From positions 1,297 to 65,296 of IMG/VR virus record IMGVR_UViG_3300001598_001736: a stretch of DNA of 64,000 nucleotides; one strand, 5' to 3'. Shown in pieces: positions 37,559 to 48,083 of this stretch. The translations under genes and the position numbers were made by a program. The notes under the pieces are model-generated. The model saw only the letters and a program-made list of their open reading frames with translations, did not search any database and was not told the DNA's origin. Numbering within the stretch: position 1 is the first letter of the stretch; each line of letters begins with the position of its first letter. Source of the stretch: a virus (taxonomy: Duplodnaviria; Caudoviricetes).

Positions 37559-38187
37559 TTCTTGTTTACCTCCACATAACACCAACTTTGCGGTGCTTTC
37601 TGCAACATACAAGCTGGGTCTTTACATTGTTCGCAATCCGGTATTGCCAATCCCAAGTCTGAATAATAGCAATTTCTGTTTATTCTCTTAAACTCGCTCA
37701 GTTCTTTCGGCCTGTCATAGATAACAAGGTTAGATATGTGCCATCCGAATAATCCTTTTTTGTTTCCATATCTCAATAATTCATCAAGTGGCACTTGAGA
37801 TTGTTCTTCTAACTGCGGCCAATCTGGATATCCCTCATAGCAATCCAAATAATTTGTCGCTTCATCAGGAATTTGAATGCCATAATTGAAATATTCTATC
37901 TCATTGCAGATAAACTCGCCTATGACTTTTCCGTTTAATCCTTGAATTTTGTTGTTGTAATGCTCAAACCCGTCACCGCAATATATTTTTCCATTCACTC
38001 TATATAGTGAATCGCTACAAGCATACATGCCACCGCCTAAAGAAAAATACTCTTTTGGTTTTGTGCAGTAGAGATATACTTTAAACGGTGTTTCTTTCGG
38101 TGCTGTTTTACGCATCTCCATAGTCTTTTGGAGATTAGCAATCAGCTCACACCATTTCGGTTGAACGCTTAATAGTATTGCTTCCAT
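37555..38187 (-). CDS. ASCH/PUA-like domain protein
   Basis: AILLSVQPKWCELIA...KTMEMRKTAP...VIGEF...GWHISNL...APQSWCYV. Confidence 0.7.
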   Translation of the reverse strand: MEAILLSVQPKWCELIANLQKTMEMRKTAPKETPFKVYLYCTKPKEYFSLGGGMYACSDSLYRVNGKIYCGDGFEHYNNKIQGLNGKVIGEFICNEIEYFNYGIQIPDEATNYLDCYEGYPDWPQLEEQSQVPLDELLRYGNKKGLFGWHISNLVIYDRPKELSEFKRINRNCYYSDLGLAIPDCEQCKDPACMLQKAPQSWCYVEVNKK

Positions 38188-38188
38188 C

Positions 38189-39799
38189 CTATTCCTCCTG
38201 TTCCGAATAATATATATCCTCGGTATTATCTTGCCGGTGCCATGAAATATCTACCGAGCCGCAACAAGTACATTTACTTACCTCAACTGTTACATTGGTA
38301 TGTATTTCTGAAACACGGTATTTGCAAGGGTCGAGCAAATCAACGCCGTTGGGCTTAATTTCAATTCCTTTTGGAAATCTGCATTTTTCGCAAGCCATTA
38401 AAATGTCCATCCTTTATTTAATAATCTTTATCCAGTGGCTTTTTGGTGCTTGAAAAAACACAATTATCACATTTAGCAATCATATAAATCCTCAACAAGG
38501 ATTTTAATGAAGCCGTCTTGTTCTTCATGCTTAAAGTATTCGCACGACGAACACGGATCGACAAATGTGTGAAGTTTCGTGCAACGTATTTTTCCTTTCT
38601 CGTCTTTACGCTCACCATTAGCGTTTGAGCAAAATTTGCACTTTGCTTGGTTACTCATCTATTAATCTCCCTTGACTTTATTTCAGCACGAATATCATTT
38701 AGAAGCTGCATCCACATTGGTCTGTCTATTGTTTCGTTTCCGTAATTGCCGGCGTTTGCAATATCTTTTTCAAGAACATCAAGAGTAGTTTTGCTTAAAA
38801 TTTCGAGTAGCGAACGGATATAGTCGATTACTATAGACGGCATATATGTTTGTCTTCCACAGGAGTATCTTGCGGCACAAATAAGGATTGTTTCAAAATC
38901 ATTATCGACCGGAACAGAGAATACCACGCTTTCATCAAGGTACGCCGCCTTAAGAGCCTCAATATTTTCAGCCATTGCTTTCCCCGCTTTCTTCATAAAA
39001 TTGTTTGACAGCACCTAACACCTTGTCGGCAAATAGCCCAAAATCAATGTTTTCAGGAACAATCAATTCTATTTTATGCCTGCCTGCATATCTGCCTCTT
39101 TTAAGCAATGCGTTCTCGTGTTCAAGATTATCAACAACTTTTGTAAGCCAGCGGCAATAAATAATTTCCACAAGCATCGCTGTTATTAAAAGAACAAATA
39201 TACAATCTTCCTTATTCATTATGTCGCCTCCTCGATTTTATTTTTTATTTCATCATATGACTGGTCTACGACACAGCTGTTGCCGTCAGTTGTCCATATC
39301 TTTGCCATACCCGGCGAGTAAGCGGATTCGTTCTGCGTATCAACACTCACTATTTGATTTATGTTTATAAGAGATTTTTCGTTTGCTCCGTGCCATGTAA
39401 CTTCAATAAATCCTGAACCCATAACTTTCTCCTTATCTTCAGATTTTGTTACACCTTTTCAACAAATCTTGTTATAGCATTTATGCAATCCTCATCCGAC
39501 CTCTTCATACAATCATCGTGAAGAAAGCAATAACAGCAGGGAGTGTTCTGCAATCCGTGAAAGATTCTGTTGGTCATCTCTTTCTTTTTTATGAATATAG
39601 CTTTGCTCGAGCCTTCGGGGTTGTTGTTGGCGGTTGCAATAGCCAGCCTTTCCTTAAGCGTTTCTATCTTTTCCTTTAGAGACAAAATCTTTCTGTCATC
39701 TTTCTGCAGTGCAAAAAGAGCTTCTCTTGCCGTTTCGCTGTATTCGTATGAAGAATAAGCACAAATTTCAAGTTTTTCATTTAATTCTTTCCTGGTCAT
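38189..39799 (-). CDS. Cluster of six small hypothetical phage proteins
   Basis: ORFs 38189-38410, 38473-38658, 38655-39014, 38968-39219, 39219-39422, 39449-39799; several overlap by a few nt; several are Cys-rich. Confidence 0.55.
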
Positions 39800-40498
39800 T
39801 TAGGTACACCTTTCAATCACTTTTTTCATTTCTTTCTGCAAGGAATCTTTGATATAGTAATTAACACCAAGCTCTTTGCAGAGACTTTCGGCTTTTGCTC
39901 CGAATGCAGCCCAATCAATATTTGACGGATAATAATTAAGCTTTCCGATTTTTACTATATCAGCGATTCCTGCGACACAATGAAAGCCCACAAAGAACGC
40001 TCTTTCATTTGTTACCGGCTCAAATGATACCCAGGTGCTGATACCTTTTATGTGTGCCTCTGCTAAACCATTTAATCGCTTTGGAAGAAAATCGCTTTTA
40101 ATTCCGTCAAGTGTGATACCATACCAATCGTTTCCATCAAGCAGGTCAAAATCTCTGCTGCCGTCACCTTTGGTAAGTATCTGAACATTGTTCCCGCTCT
40201 TTTTGATAATTTTGATTATCTCTCGTGTCGGTGTACTGTCATATCCGGCAGGGTAAGGGTCACAGGTAAAACAAAGATGAATGAGTTTCCCTGTTATCTG
40301 TTCTCGCTCGATTTGTTTTCTGACTTCTTCCACAATGTTTTTTCGTGGCTCAACTTTTGAATGAAATTCTTCTTTGTCTTTGCGTAACACTTTGGGAGCA
40401 AAGCAGTAAAAACATCTATGTGGGCAGCCCGTATAAATGTTTATGGCTAAATCTCCATATTCTTTGGCAGCACCTTTTGGCTCATATATCGGTTTCAT
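39800..40498 (-). CDS. Radical SAM protein
   Basis: YTGCPHRCFYC (CxxxCxxC), FTCDPY, TWVSFEP. Confidence 0.85.
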   Translation of the reverse strand: MKPIYEPKGAAKEYGDLAINIYTGCPHRCFYCFAPKVLRKDKEEFHSKVEPRKNIVEEVRKQIEREQITGKLIHLCFTCDPYPAGYDSTPTREIIKIIKKSGNNVQILTKGDGSRDFDLLDGNDWYGITLDGIKSDFLPKRLNGLAEAHIKGISTWVSFEPVTNERAFFVGFHCVAGIADIVKIGKLNYYPSNIDWAAFGAKAESLCKELGVNYYIKDSLQKEMKKVIERCT

Positions 40499-41097
40499 CT
40501 GGTTCTCCTATCCATTTCCAGTTATCGCATATCCACGGCTCGGCTCCTTCTTTGAAACAGCATTTGTTTCCATTTTTGCAATATTTACCACAAATTGCGG
40601 ACAACTTATCATCTGTTTCTGCGTCAAGCATAGGTTCAGCGGTAAGACGTATTTTTTCAACGGTCTGTATTATTTCTTTTATTTGTTCTTTGGCATCGTA
40701 AGCATTTTGAGATGAATTATTCATGTCATCGCCATCCTTTAATTATTTCATAGGATTTGTTTAACTGCTCAATATCAAAATATCCGAAATGGCATTCTGA
40801 AACTGGTATATTCATTTCTTTGGCAAGTTTCTTATAACATTTACGCCTCTGCTTTTTTGTGCTCCAGAATGTGTCAAAAAGTGCGTGACACTTCTTTTTC
40901 ATTTCTCGCATTTCGTTATTTGCAAGTAGCCCAAATGCTTCTTTTGGTCTCGGTCTGTGTGTTCCAACATAAGCACCGCACTTTCGGCAACGGTAGCAGA
41001 AACCGCTGCCGAATGGGCGCCCATATATTTTATCGTTTCTTATGTATTCGACTTCTCCACCGCATATATTGCATTTGGCGGGATGTAATTCCATCAC
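40482..41097 (-). CDS. Hypothetical protein (40482-40724) and Zn-finger protein (40726-41097, DUF3268-like)
   Basis: CNICGG...CRKCGAYVGTH...CHFGYFD. Confidence 0.65.
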
Positions 41098-41107
41098 CGT
41101 TCTCCTT

Positions 41108-41866
41108 TCAGAAGTTTGTCCATATTTTTTCTGTTCTTTGCAATCCCATTTGTGCAGTGGTATTTATTGAATCAGTATTCCAAGCTTTCAAATATTCGTT
41201 ATACATCTCGTTATCATATCCACTGATTACTATCTTTGATTTACTTTTAACAATTACTCGCAACAGCTCTTCGTGCTTGAAATCATCCATTTCGTATTTG
41301 TACATATTCCGCTTTCTCATGCTTCTAAGATACGGCGGGTCGCAGTATATCAATGTTCTTTCATCGTTATACCGGGAAATTAACGTTACTGCATCTGTAT
41401 TCTCAATTTGTGCGTTCTTTAATCTTTCACAACACGACACTATTTTCTCAGGTAAATCATTCCACATCGTTGCGCATCGTGGTCCACCATATGTTTGAAC
41501 ATTTCTCCAACTGTTTTTACTGCTATTGCACGTTCCGAAAGATTGATGATACCGTACAAGCGTTCTCCTTGCCTGTTCAACAGGGTCATATACCGTATCT
41601 TTGCAGTTTTGAAATTCTTCTCGTGCAAACGGCGTAAGCTCTATTACTCTTGCAAGTTCTTTTGGGTGCTCACGGCACACCCGAAACAGATTCACAACCT
41701 CTCCGTTAATATCGTTTATCGTTTCTATGTAAGACGGTTGTTTATTGAAAAACACACCGCCAGAGCCAAAGAACGGTTCAAGATATACTTTGTGTTCGGG
41801 AAAGTGAGATATAATCCAGTCTGATATTCTCCACTTCGCACCTGGATATTTGAGTATTGCTTTCAT
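41108..41866 (-). CDS. DNA adenine methyltransferase (Dam/D12 class)
   Basis: LKYPGAKW, YLEPFFGSG, IYCDPPY. Confidence 0.92.
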   Translation of the reverse strand: MKAILKYPGAKWRISDWIISHFPEHKVYLEPFFGSGGVFFNKQPSYIETINDINGEVVNLFRVCREHPKELARVIELTPFAREEFQNCKDTVYDPVEQARRTLVRYHQSFGTCNSSKNSWRNVQTYGGPRCATMWNDLPEKIVSCCERLKNAQIENTDAVTLISRYNDERTLIYCDPPYLRSMRKRNMYKYEMDDFKHEELLRVIVKSKSKIVISGYDNEMYNEYLKAWNTDSINTTAQMGLQRTEKIWTNF

Positions 41867-42288
41867 TTGAATTTCTCCTCTCCGCTCGTTGCAACAGCCT
41901 TTAAGAGCATTGATTTATACCAATCACTATCTTCTGTGTTGCCATAAAATTCTGTTCTCATAAACACTACACGGTTTTCTTCATGCATTTGGTCTCTGCG
42001 AGTTATTATTTCATCTTTGCTCTGATTACAAATAAAGCCTCTGCATATTTCCGGCCTTACTTCGTATATCAAGCATTTTCTTTGACCTTCATCACGAAAC
42101 GGGCAAGTTAAATCCACACCTAAAGCAACATTATGTCGTTGTTCCTTAATATGCTTTTGCCGAATGTATTTTTTTATTGTTTGCACTTCTTTTTCAGAAA
42201 GAGGAAGCAAATCAGAACAGCACTGACCACAGTTTGAGCATTCGTTGTCTTTTGTATTGTTAACAACAAGGCATATACTTTCTGCCAT
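41863..42288 (-). CDS. YkgJ-like Fe-S/Cys-cluster protein
   Basis: CSNCGQCC...CPF...CLIYEVRPEICRGFIC. Confidence 0.8.
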   Translation of the reverse strand: MAESICLVVNNTKDNECSNCGQCCSDLLPLSEKEVQTIKKYIRQKHIKEQRHNVALGVDLTCPFRDEGQRKCLIYEVRPEICRGFICNQSKDEIITRRDQMHEENRVVFMRTEFYGNTEDSDWYKSMLLKAVATSGEEKFK

Positions 42289-42289
42289 A

Positions 42290-44101
42290 TCACATTGCCT
42301 CCCTTATCCTGAGTTCGCAATACTCCGGAAGATTAGCCCTGACTAATGCTGCAGGGACTTGCGGGGTAACGGCGTTTCCGCATTTGCGAGTCTGTTCACT
42401 TTTGGGATAATTTCGTTCGCCGATTTTCAGGTCAATAATGTAATCGCCCGGGAAGCCTTGACAATTGAATAATTCTCTCGGTTGAAGCATACGCATCTTA
42501 ATATCGGTGATTATGTATTCTTCCCCGTGGATAGTAACAACTGCGAATCTGTCTTTTGCGGTGATTGTATCAATAGGTTTGTTTGCATCTTTCGGTCCGC
42601 CTGTTCTGTTGTATTTCATCAGAAACGCTTGAACCTCTGCGTGATGTGCTCCACTGCAAGCGATTGTTGATAATGGCTCTGCCGGAGATTGCCCATATTG
42701 ATTATTTCTCAGCATAAGGATGTGAGCTGTAACCAGGCTGTTATGGTCTTTCGCAGTTATTGTCCCAATCGGGTCATCAACGGAGCTCCCATGGCCTTTA
42801 TATCCACCGCCGTAATTCTTCATTATGCTGGCAACAGATAACGCATACCTATTTGACGTGTCCTGTGTCATCAACGGCTCGTCTATCTCTTGCCCTCGCA
42901 CTTCACTGTTTCCTGTTTCGGAATGATACTGAATCAATGTTGGAGCAACAAGGATATGTTCATTTTTGCTTACCACGGTTGAGAGCGGGTCGTTCGCCGA
43001 GCGTGTTCTATCCCCACCGGACTGTTGACCTATTGCCGTAATAGTAGGCGAAACAAGAAAGTTTCTATTCCCTGTTGTAATGGTCGGTAACGGCGAATCT
43101 ACTCTCGCTCCGTTGTTGTTCGTGTTGTTACACATAATTGTTGGTGTAACTATTCCATAGCCGTGCTTTGCAGTAACTGTTTGAAGAGGCTTATTTATAC
43201 TTTGTCCTCTGAAAGTGTCTCCACCGTGATTTACGGTAACGATAAATGGTTCAGGATTATCAATAACGAATTTCTGTATTCCTCGTGCTATCCTTTTCAG
43301 AGTATTTTCTGCAAGAGGTTTTTTTCGCTCGAATATGCTTGTTGCCTCAATACTCCAATCAATGCATTCTGCTGCGGTATGGTACGGTAACAGCTGTCCA
43401 TTTCTTACAGCTTTGCTGTTTTGCGGTCCATGTGTCGCTTTCGGCCACACTATTTTCTTGCCGTCACGCCGTGCTATCATATAAAACCGAGTTCTTGATG
43501 TTGGAGCTCCATAATCACACGATTTAAGCACTTTGTATTCAAGCGTATAGCCAAGTCCTTTTTGACAAGCTAAAGCAATATCTGAATCATCCGACACTTT
43601 CAGACTCTCACACATTTCTGCAAAGGCGGGATGATTTTTCGGAATACCTGTTGTCAATGCAAGAGCGAATCCCTCAAAGGTTTCACCGCTTCTTTCTTTG
43701 ATTGGCTTGTTATCTTCTCCGAGCGGTCCCCAAGTCTGTATTTCGGGAACATTTTCCATCATTATCACTCTCGGTCTGACCGCAAAAGCCCATTTGACCG
43801 ATACCCACGCCAATCCACGAATGTTTTTATCAACGGGTTTTCCACCCTTTGCACGGCTAAAGTGAGTGCAGTCGGGTGAGAACCAGGCTAACGCCACAGG
43901 ATAGCCGTAACACGCCTCTACCGGGTCAACAGACCACACATCTTCACAATAGTGCTTTGTGAATGGATGATTCGCCTTGTGCATTTCAATAGCATTTTTG
44001 TCATGGTTGATTGCAATATCAACGCTTCGACCTATGGCCATTTCAATTCCGGTAGAAGCTCCGCCACCACCGGCAAAGTTATCAACAAACAGTTCTCTCA
44101 T
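42290..44101 (-). CDS. C5-cytosine DNA methyltransferase with repetitive variable region
   Basis: DNFAGGGGAS, FSPDCTHFS, MMENVPE, RTRFY, RMLQPRELFNCQGF, GNAV. Confidence 0.92.
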   Translation of the reverse strand: MRELFVDNFAGGGGASTGIEMAIGRSVDIAINHDKNAIEMHKANHPFTKHYCEDVWSVDPVEACYGYPVALAWFSPDCTHFSRAKGGKPVDKNIRGLAWVSVKWAFAVRPRVIMMENVPEIQTWGPLGEDNKPIKERSGETFEGFALALTTGIPKNHPAFAEMCESLKVSDDSDIALACQKGLGYTLEYKVLKSCDYGAPTSRTRFYMIARRDGKKIVWPKATHGPQNSKAVRNGQLLPYHTAAECIDWSIEATSIFERKKPLAENTLKRIARGIQKFVIDNPEPFIVTVNHGGDTFRGQSINKPLQTVTAKHGYGIVTPTIMCNNTNNNGARVDSPLPTITTGNRNFLVSPTITAIGQQSGGDRTRSANDPLSTVVSKNEHILVAPTLIQYHSETGNSEVRGQEIDEPLMTQDTSNRYALSVASIMKNYGGGYKGHGSSVDDPIGTITAKDHNSLVTAHILMLRNNQYGQSPAEPLSTIACSGAHHAEVQAFLMKYNRTGGPKDANKPIDTITAKDRFAVVTIHGEEYIITDIKMRMLQPRELFNCQGFPGDYIIDLKIGERNYPKSEQTRKCGNAVTPQVPAALVRANLPEYCELRIREAM

Positions 44102-45912
44102 TCTGTTGCCTCCAACAATAGCAACTGATTACTTGTAATCGGTGATAAATAATAGTCAGTTCTTTGCAATACTTCGTTATATGCCTCCTCACCTTGGAAA
44201 CTATCAATAACGGTTTTCTCTTCCTCGGTTAAATCTGCATACTTTTTCTTTCCGTAACAAGGTGGGAGCCATTTCTTGCTTTGTGCCACATAAATGTTGA
44301 AACGCTCCATCAGTTCAGGACAAGTGAATTCAATGTGTATCGTTCCTTTTTTGTAAAATGTAGCATTAAAGAATTTGAACGGGACTTTTTTCGTGATTCC
44401 TTGATTAAAATATCTTTCAAGCGTTCTTTCTACATCTTCAATTTCGGCGCTCATTCTACCATCGAAAAAGTTCAAGATTTTCTCTATATCTCGAATAACA
44501 CCGCGAGCGTTATATGTGCGTGGTCTGCCATCCCAACTATCGAACACACCGTAACAGGGGATAATGGCTTTTTTATCTATCTTGTGGGCTTTGTTTGTCT
44601 TCCAACCGTCATAATAATGGCGATTTTTTTGTGTTTCCGGGTACCAGGAGTGTTCTTCTGTAAGACGGTCAAACATTACCATTATTGCATCTTCAATGCC
44701 GACTTTGATTTGTGCGTTCATTTCTGCTGATAGTGTCATAATGTTGAATTCGGTAAAGTCATAATTTTTCAACTGTTCAACTTTTTCTTGGTATTCGCTT
44801 TGTAGTTTGGCGGTAAGCCGCCCGATAAATTTCTGATTAGAAAGCAACGCTCTCCAATATTTCAACCTAACATCTTGAAGAAAATCATTGACGGAAACAC
44901 AATCCGCATAGCTGCGGTCATAATGGTTTACAAGCCTTAAAATCGGTCTTTTATAATCCTTATCAAAAGAATTTTGCAAATACGGAGCCAACGCTTTGTA
45001 TTGCCGTATCAGTTCAAGACCTGATTTTACTTCACAATTAAAGTGACTTATTGCTGCTTTGATATAGTCGTAAACTTCAAGCTCTGTCGCTTCTTTGTAA
45101 AAATCTTCTACCTGTTCAGCTTTTTTCATTCGGTTGAAAATATCGCTTTCTTCTTGAACAGCTTCTATGCTTACTTTTATTAAAGCTACTTCTACATCGG
45201 TTTTTCGCTCCGCTGACATAAACCCGTGCTCAATGAATTCGATAATTGCGTTGTACTCATCGAGTTTTTTTAATAGTTGTCTGCGTGTATCTGTGTATGG
45301 GTTTTTCAGCGTTTCGGCATTGAGTAAACAAATAATGTTTCCGCCTTTTTCTTGAATCTTTAAGGCTTTTAACAAGTGCCTATCACCATTGGAAAATGGT
45401 GGATTCATTACAATAAGGTCGTAAGTCTTAAAAGGTGTATAGTTAAGAAAATCATCGTGTACGATATGTATTCCGTTTTGAAAAAAGCATTTTTCTTCTT
45501 TGTCAATGGCTTCAAGTATTTCAAGGTCATCATCAGGAACGGAAACATACTTTCCTTCGGCATCGTTGTAATACTGCCAACCGCTCTTAAAACGATGTTC
45601 GCAATATTTATATTTCCCGGTGATTTCTTTTCTTTGTTGACATAGTGCTCTTTTGCGTTCTTCCGAAAAATTGTACTTGAGAATTTGCCGCAAATTTGCA
45701 TCTATTTCAATACAGTCAACATCAAAGCCCTTTGAATGGTAATCATCTTCATATTGGGTTAATATTCTCAATATGTCACCTTTGCCGGCAGATGGTTCCA
45801 AAATGCTGTGAATTTCACCCCATTTAATTCCTGACAGCATTTTCTCGGCGATTTCGGGCGGTGTCGGGTAAAACCCGACATCGTCCTTTGTGTATTCAAC
45901 AATCTCATTCAT
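44098..45912 (-). CDS. SAM-dependent (amino) DNA methyltransferase with DUF4942-like domain
   Basis: FYPTP, ILEPSAGKG, VMNPPF; C-terminal FYKKGTIHIEF. Confidence 0.8.
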   Translation of the reverse strand: MNEIVEYTKDDVGFYPTPPEIAEKMLSGIKWGEIHSILEPSAGKGDILRILTQYEDDYHSKGFDVDCIEIDANLRQILKYNFSEERKRALCQQRKEITGKYKYCEHRFKSGWQYYNDAEGKYVSVPDDDLEILEAIDKEEKCFFQNGIHIVHDDFLNYTPFKTYDLIVMNPPFSNGDRHLLKALKIQEKGGNIICLLNAETLKNPYTDTRRQLLKKLDEYNAIIEFIEHGFMSAERKTDVEVALIKVSIEAVQEESDIFNRMKKAEQVEDFYKEATELEVYDYIKAAISHFNCEVKSGLELIRQYKALAPYLQNSFDKDYKRPILRLVNHYDRSYADCVSVNDFLQDVRLKYWRALLSNQKFIGRLTAKLQSEYQEKVEQLKNYDFTEFNIMTLSAEMNAQIKVGIEDAIMVMFDRLTEEHSWYPETQKNRHYYDGWKTNKAHKIDKKAIIPCYGVFDSWDGRPRTYNARGVIRDIEKILNFFDGRMSAEIEDVERTLERYFNQGITKKVPFKFFNATFYKKGTIHIEFTCPELMERFNIYVAQSKKWLPPCYGKKKYADLTEEEKTVIDSFQGEEAYNEVLQRTDYYLSPITSNQLLLLEATE

Positions 45913-47608
45913 AGTCGCTCGCCTCATACTTTTCTTCCAATGCAGCCGCAATGTCTTCTTTTGTCATTTCGTCTACATATTCATCTGTGTCATCGGGCGA
46001 TTCTTCTCTTATAAACAGTTCATTTGTCCCGTCCAAAAGAGACTTTTCTTCATCAGACGGTTCATAACCCATTTTTGAAAGAAATTCATATATAAGGTTT
46101 AATTTGTGATTTTCTTCAAATTGCTCGTTATAATCAAAGGTTACATTGTTCTCGTTATCAAAGAATCTTGCATAGACATGTAATAACAACAATTTATATG
46201 GATTAGCTTTTACTTTTTCGGATATTGCCGAATAACCTTTGTCTGCTTCACTTGCCTTTTGTTCAAAAACATTTTTATTGTAACGCTGGCTATAATAGTA
46301 ACCGTTGTTTAATGCAGAAGAATCCCAATCGTTTCTTATGTCAAATTCAATGAGAGCTTCAATTTTTCCTTTTGCTTCGGCATTACTCATTCCAAGTACA
46401 AAATCCTTGCGCAGTTCATAGGCTCTCTCTGCGGCATCTTCAAGTTTTTTTCTGATAATCCGTCTTTCTTCTCTTTTTTTGTTTTCCTCAATTTCTTTCT
46501 GCGTTTCTTCTGCTTTTTTTGTCTTGCGGAAGTATACGGTGTTATAATTGAACGAAAAATATTCTTCATCTCCAGTCAGCACATAATCTTTGGCACCGAC
46601 TGTTCCAAGCTGAACATAGTACTTTTCACAAAGGCTGTAATTTCCGCTCCACGCTTCTGAATAGGCAATTTCTTTGAGGCCGTGTTCAAGAAGCTCGGCT
46701 CTCCATTCGACCTCATACTTTTTCCTTGCCTGTTCATCAAGTGCGTTTTTGACAGCTCTTTCAAAATTTGCTGTTCCGGCTTCCTTAAGAACCTCATTTC
46801 TTTTATCAATGTCATCAATCTGCGACAACTTATCAAATTCAAGCAAAGAGATTTGTCTCGCAGATACATTTTTCAGAGTTTCTGTATCGAGCTCCGCCAT
46901 TTTCAATCTACGGCGTACAGTAGTTTTTGAAAATCCTGTTTTTTCAGAAATGTCATCAAAACTATCTCCGAAATCGAACATCATTTGGAATCCCTGAGCC
47001 TGTTCATAGACCGTTAAATCAGAGCGTTGCATATTCTCCAGTAACATTGTCTGAACCTGTTCTGCTGCTGTCATTTCGGTAATTACACAGGGGAGAGTTC
47101 TTAATCCGGCCATCCTTGCCGCTTCTGTTCGCCTGTGTCCGATAATCACCGTATAATCATCAGGACTTACGCCGCTGTTAATATACATTCTGAGTTTTTC
47201 GTTCGGGCTTTTTTCGTATTTATCATTCAGAGCTTTTCGTTCATCTGCACTGAAACGGTGCCCACGTACTACGGTAAGATTCTGCAAAATCCCTTTTGCT
47301 CTTATACTATCGGCAAGCTCGGTTAAATCGCCGAGGTTCTTTCTCGGATTGTCAGGATGAGGGTGCAGGCGGTCAATATCAATCCATACAATTCCGCCTG
47401 TTTCTGATTCGCTGATTTCTTCTTCATAAAGAGCCTTTTCGAACTCTTCTTCAAGTACCTTTCTGCGTTTTTCCTGGTCCGGTATTGTGTTGTCACCTAT
47501 GCCGTTGTTGGCATAGTAAATACAGTCGAGTTCGTGAAATTCATATTCACACTTTTTGCCGCATTCGTTTTGAAGCGGACATCTTTTATTCTTTGTATTG
47601 TTAGCCAT
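45905..47608 (-). CDS. ParB/Spo0J-family protein with N-terminal Cys cluster
   Basis: LHPHPDNPRK...GILQNLTV...IIGHRR...LLENMQRSDL. Confidence 0.85.
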   Translation of the reverse strand: MANNTKNKRCPLQNECGKKCEYEFHELDCIYYANNGIGDNTIPDQEKRRKVLEEEFEKALYEEEISESETGGIVWIDIDRLHPHPDNPRKNLGDLTELADSIRAKGILQNLTVVRGHRFSADERKALNDKYEKSPNEKLRMYINSGVSPDDYTVIIGHRRTEAARMAGLRTLPCVITEMTAAEQVQTMLLENMQRSDLTVYEQAQGFQMMFDFGDSFDDISEKTGFSKTTVRRRLKMAELDTETLKNVSARQISLLEFDKLSQIDDIDKRNEVLKEAGTANFERAVKNALDEQARKKYEVEWRAELLEHGLKEIAYSEAWSGNYSLCEKYYVQLGTVGAKDYVLTGDEEYFSFNYNTVYFRKTKKAEETQKEIEENKKREERRIIRKKLEDAAERAYELRKDFVLGMSNAEAKGKIEALIEFDIRNDWDSSALNNGYYYSQRYNKNVFEQKASEADKGYSAISEKVKANPYKLLLLHVYARFFDNENNVTFDYNEQFEENHKLNLIYEFLSKMGYEPSDEEKSLLDGTNELFIREESPDDTDEYVDEMTKEDIAAALEEKYEASDYE

Positions 47609-47642
47609 GTTGACTCCTTCCGCATCTCTTGGCGAAATGCAT

Positions 47643-48083
47643 TTACTTTTTTATGTTTCCTATAAGGGAAGTGGCTTCCCTAAGGATTACAACCGTTCGT
47701 GGTACATCCGAGTAATATTTTCTTACGATTCCATCCACAATGCACTTATCGTCATCGTATGCGATGTTATTTAATGCATCAGCAATGAGCTTTCCGATGT
47801 TATCAAAATCCGGTTTAACCATTGGACGTATTTCTCCGGATAACATTTGGCTCTTTTTTTTCTTGGATTCGCTTTTCGGAATTTCAAGGAATGCAAAAAC
47901 TTCCATTTCTAAAGGCGTTCCTTTTGGAAATCTAAAATTACCGCAAACCTTTCTGTATTCCCACGCTATATGTTGTTCGTGATTTCGTGTCTTTTCCTGG
48001 GTATATTTTGCTCCGGTATATCGGTTATAGCCTGTTCTTTGCCAACCAATCGGCGAGCCGCTTATTGTAAATTTAATCTTCAT
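47643..48083 (-). CDS. rusA: RusA-like Holliday junction resolvase
   Basis: KPDFDNIGKLIADALNNIAYDDDKCI. Confidence 0.9.
   Translation of the reverse strand: MKIKFTISGSPIGWQRTGYNRYTGAKYTQEKTRNHEQHIAWEYRKVCGNFRFPKGTPLEMEVFAFLEIPKSESKKKKSQMLSGEIRPMVKPDFDNIGKLIADALNNIAYDDDKCIVDGIVRKYYSDVPRTVVILREATSLIGNIKK

Noticed and set aside
36153-39799. Small early ORFs as anti-CRISPR proteins
   Set aside because: No recognisable Acr sequence or adjacent Aca-type HTH gene; size alone is not evidence.
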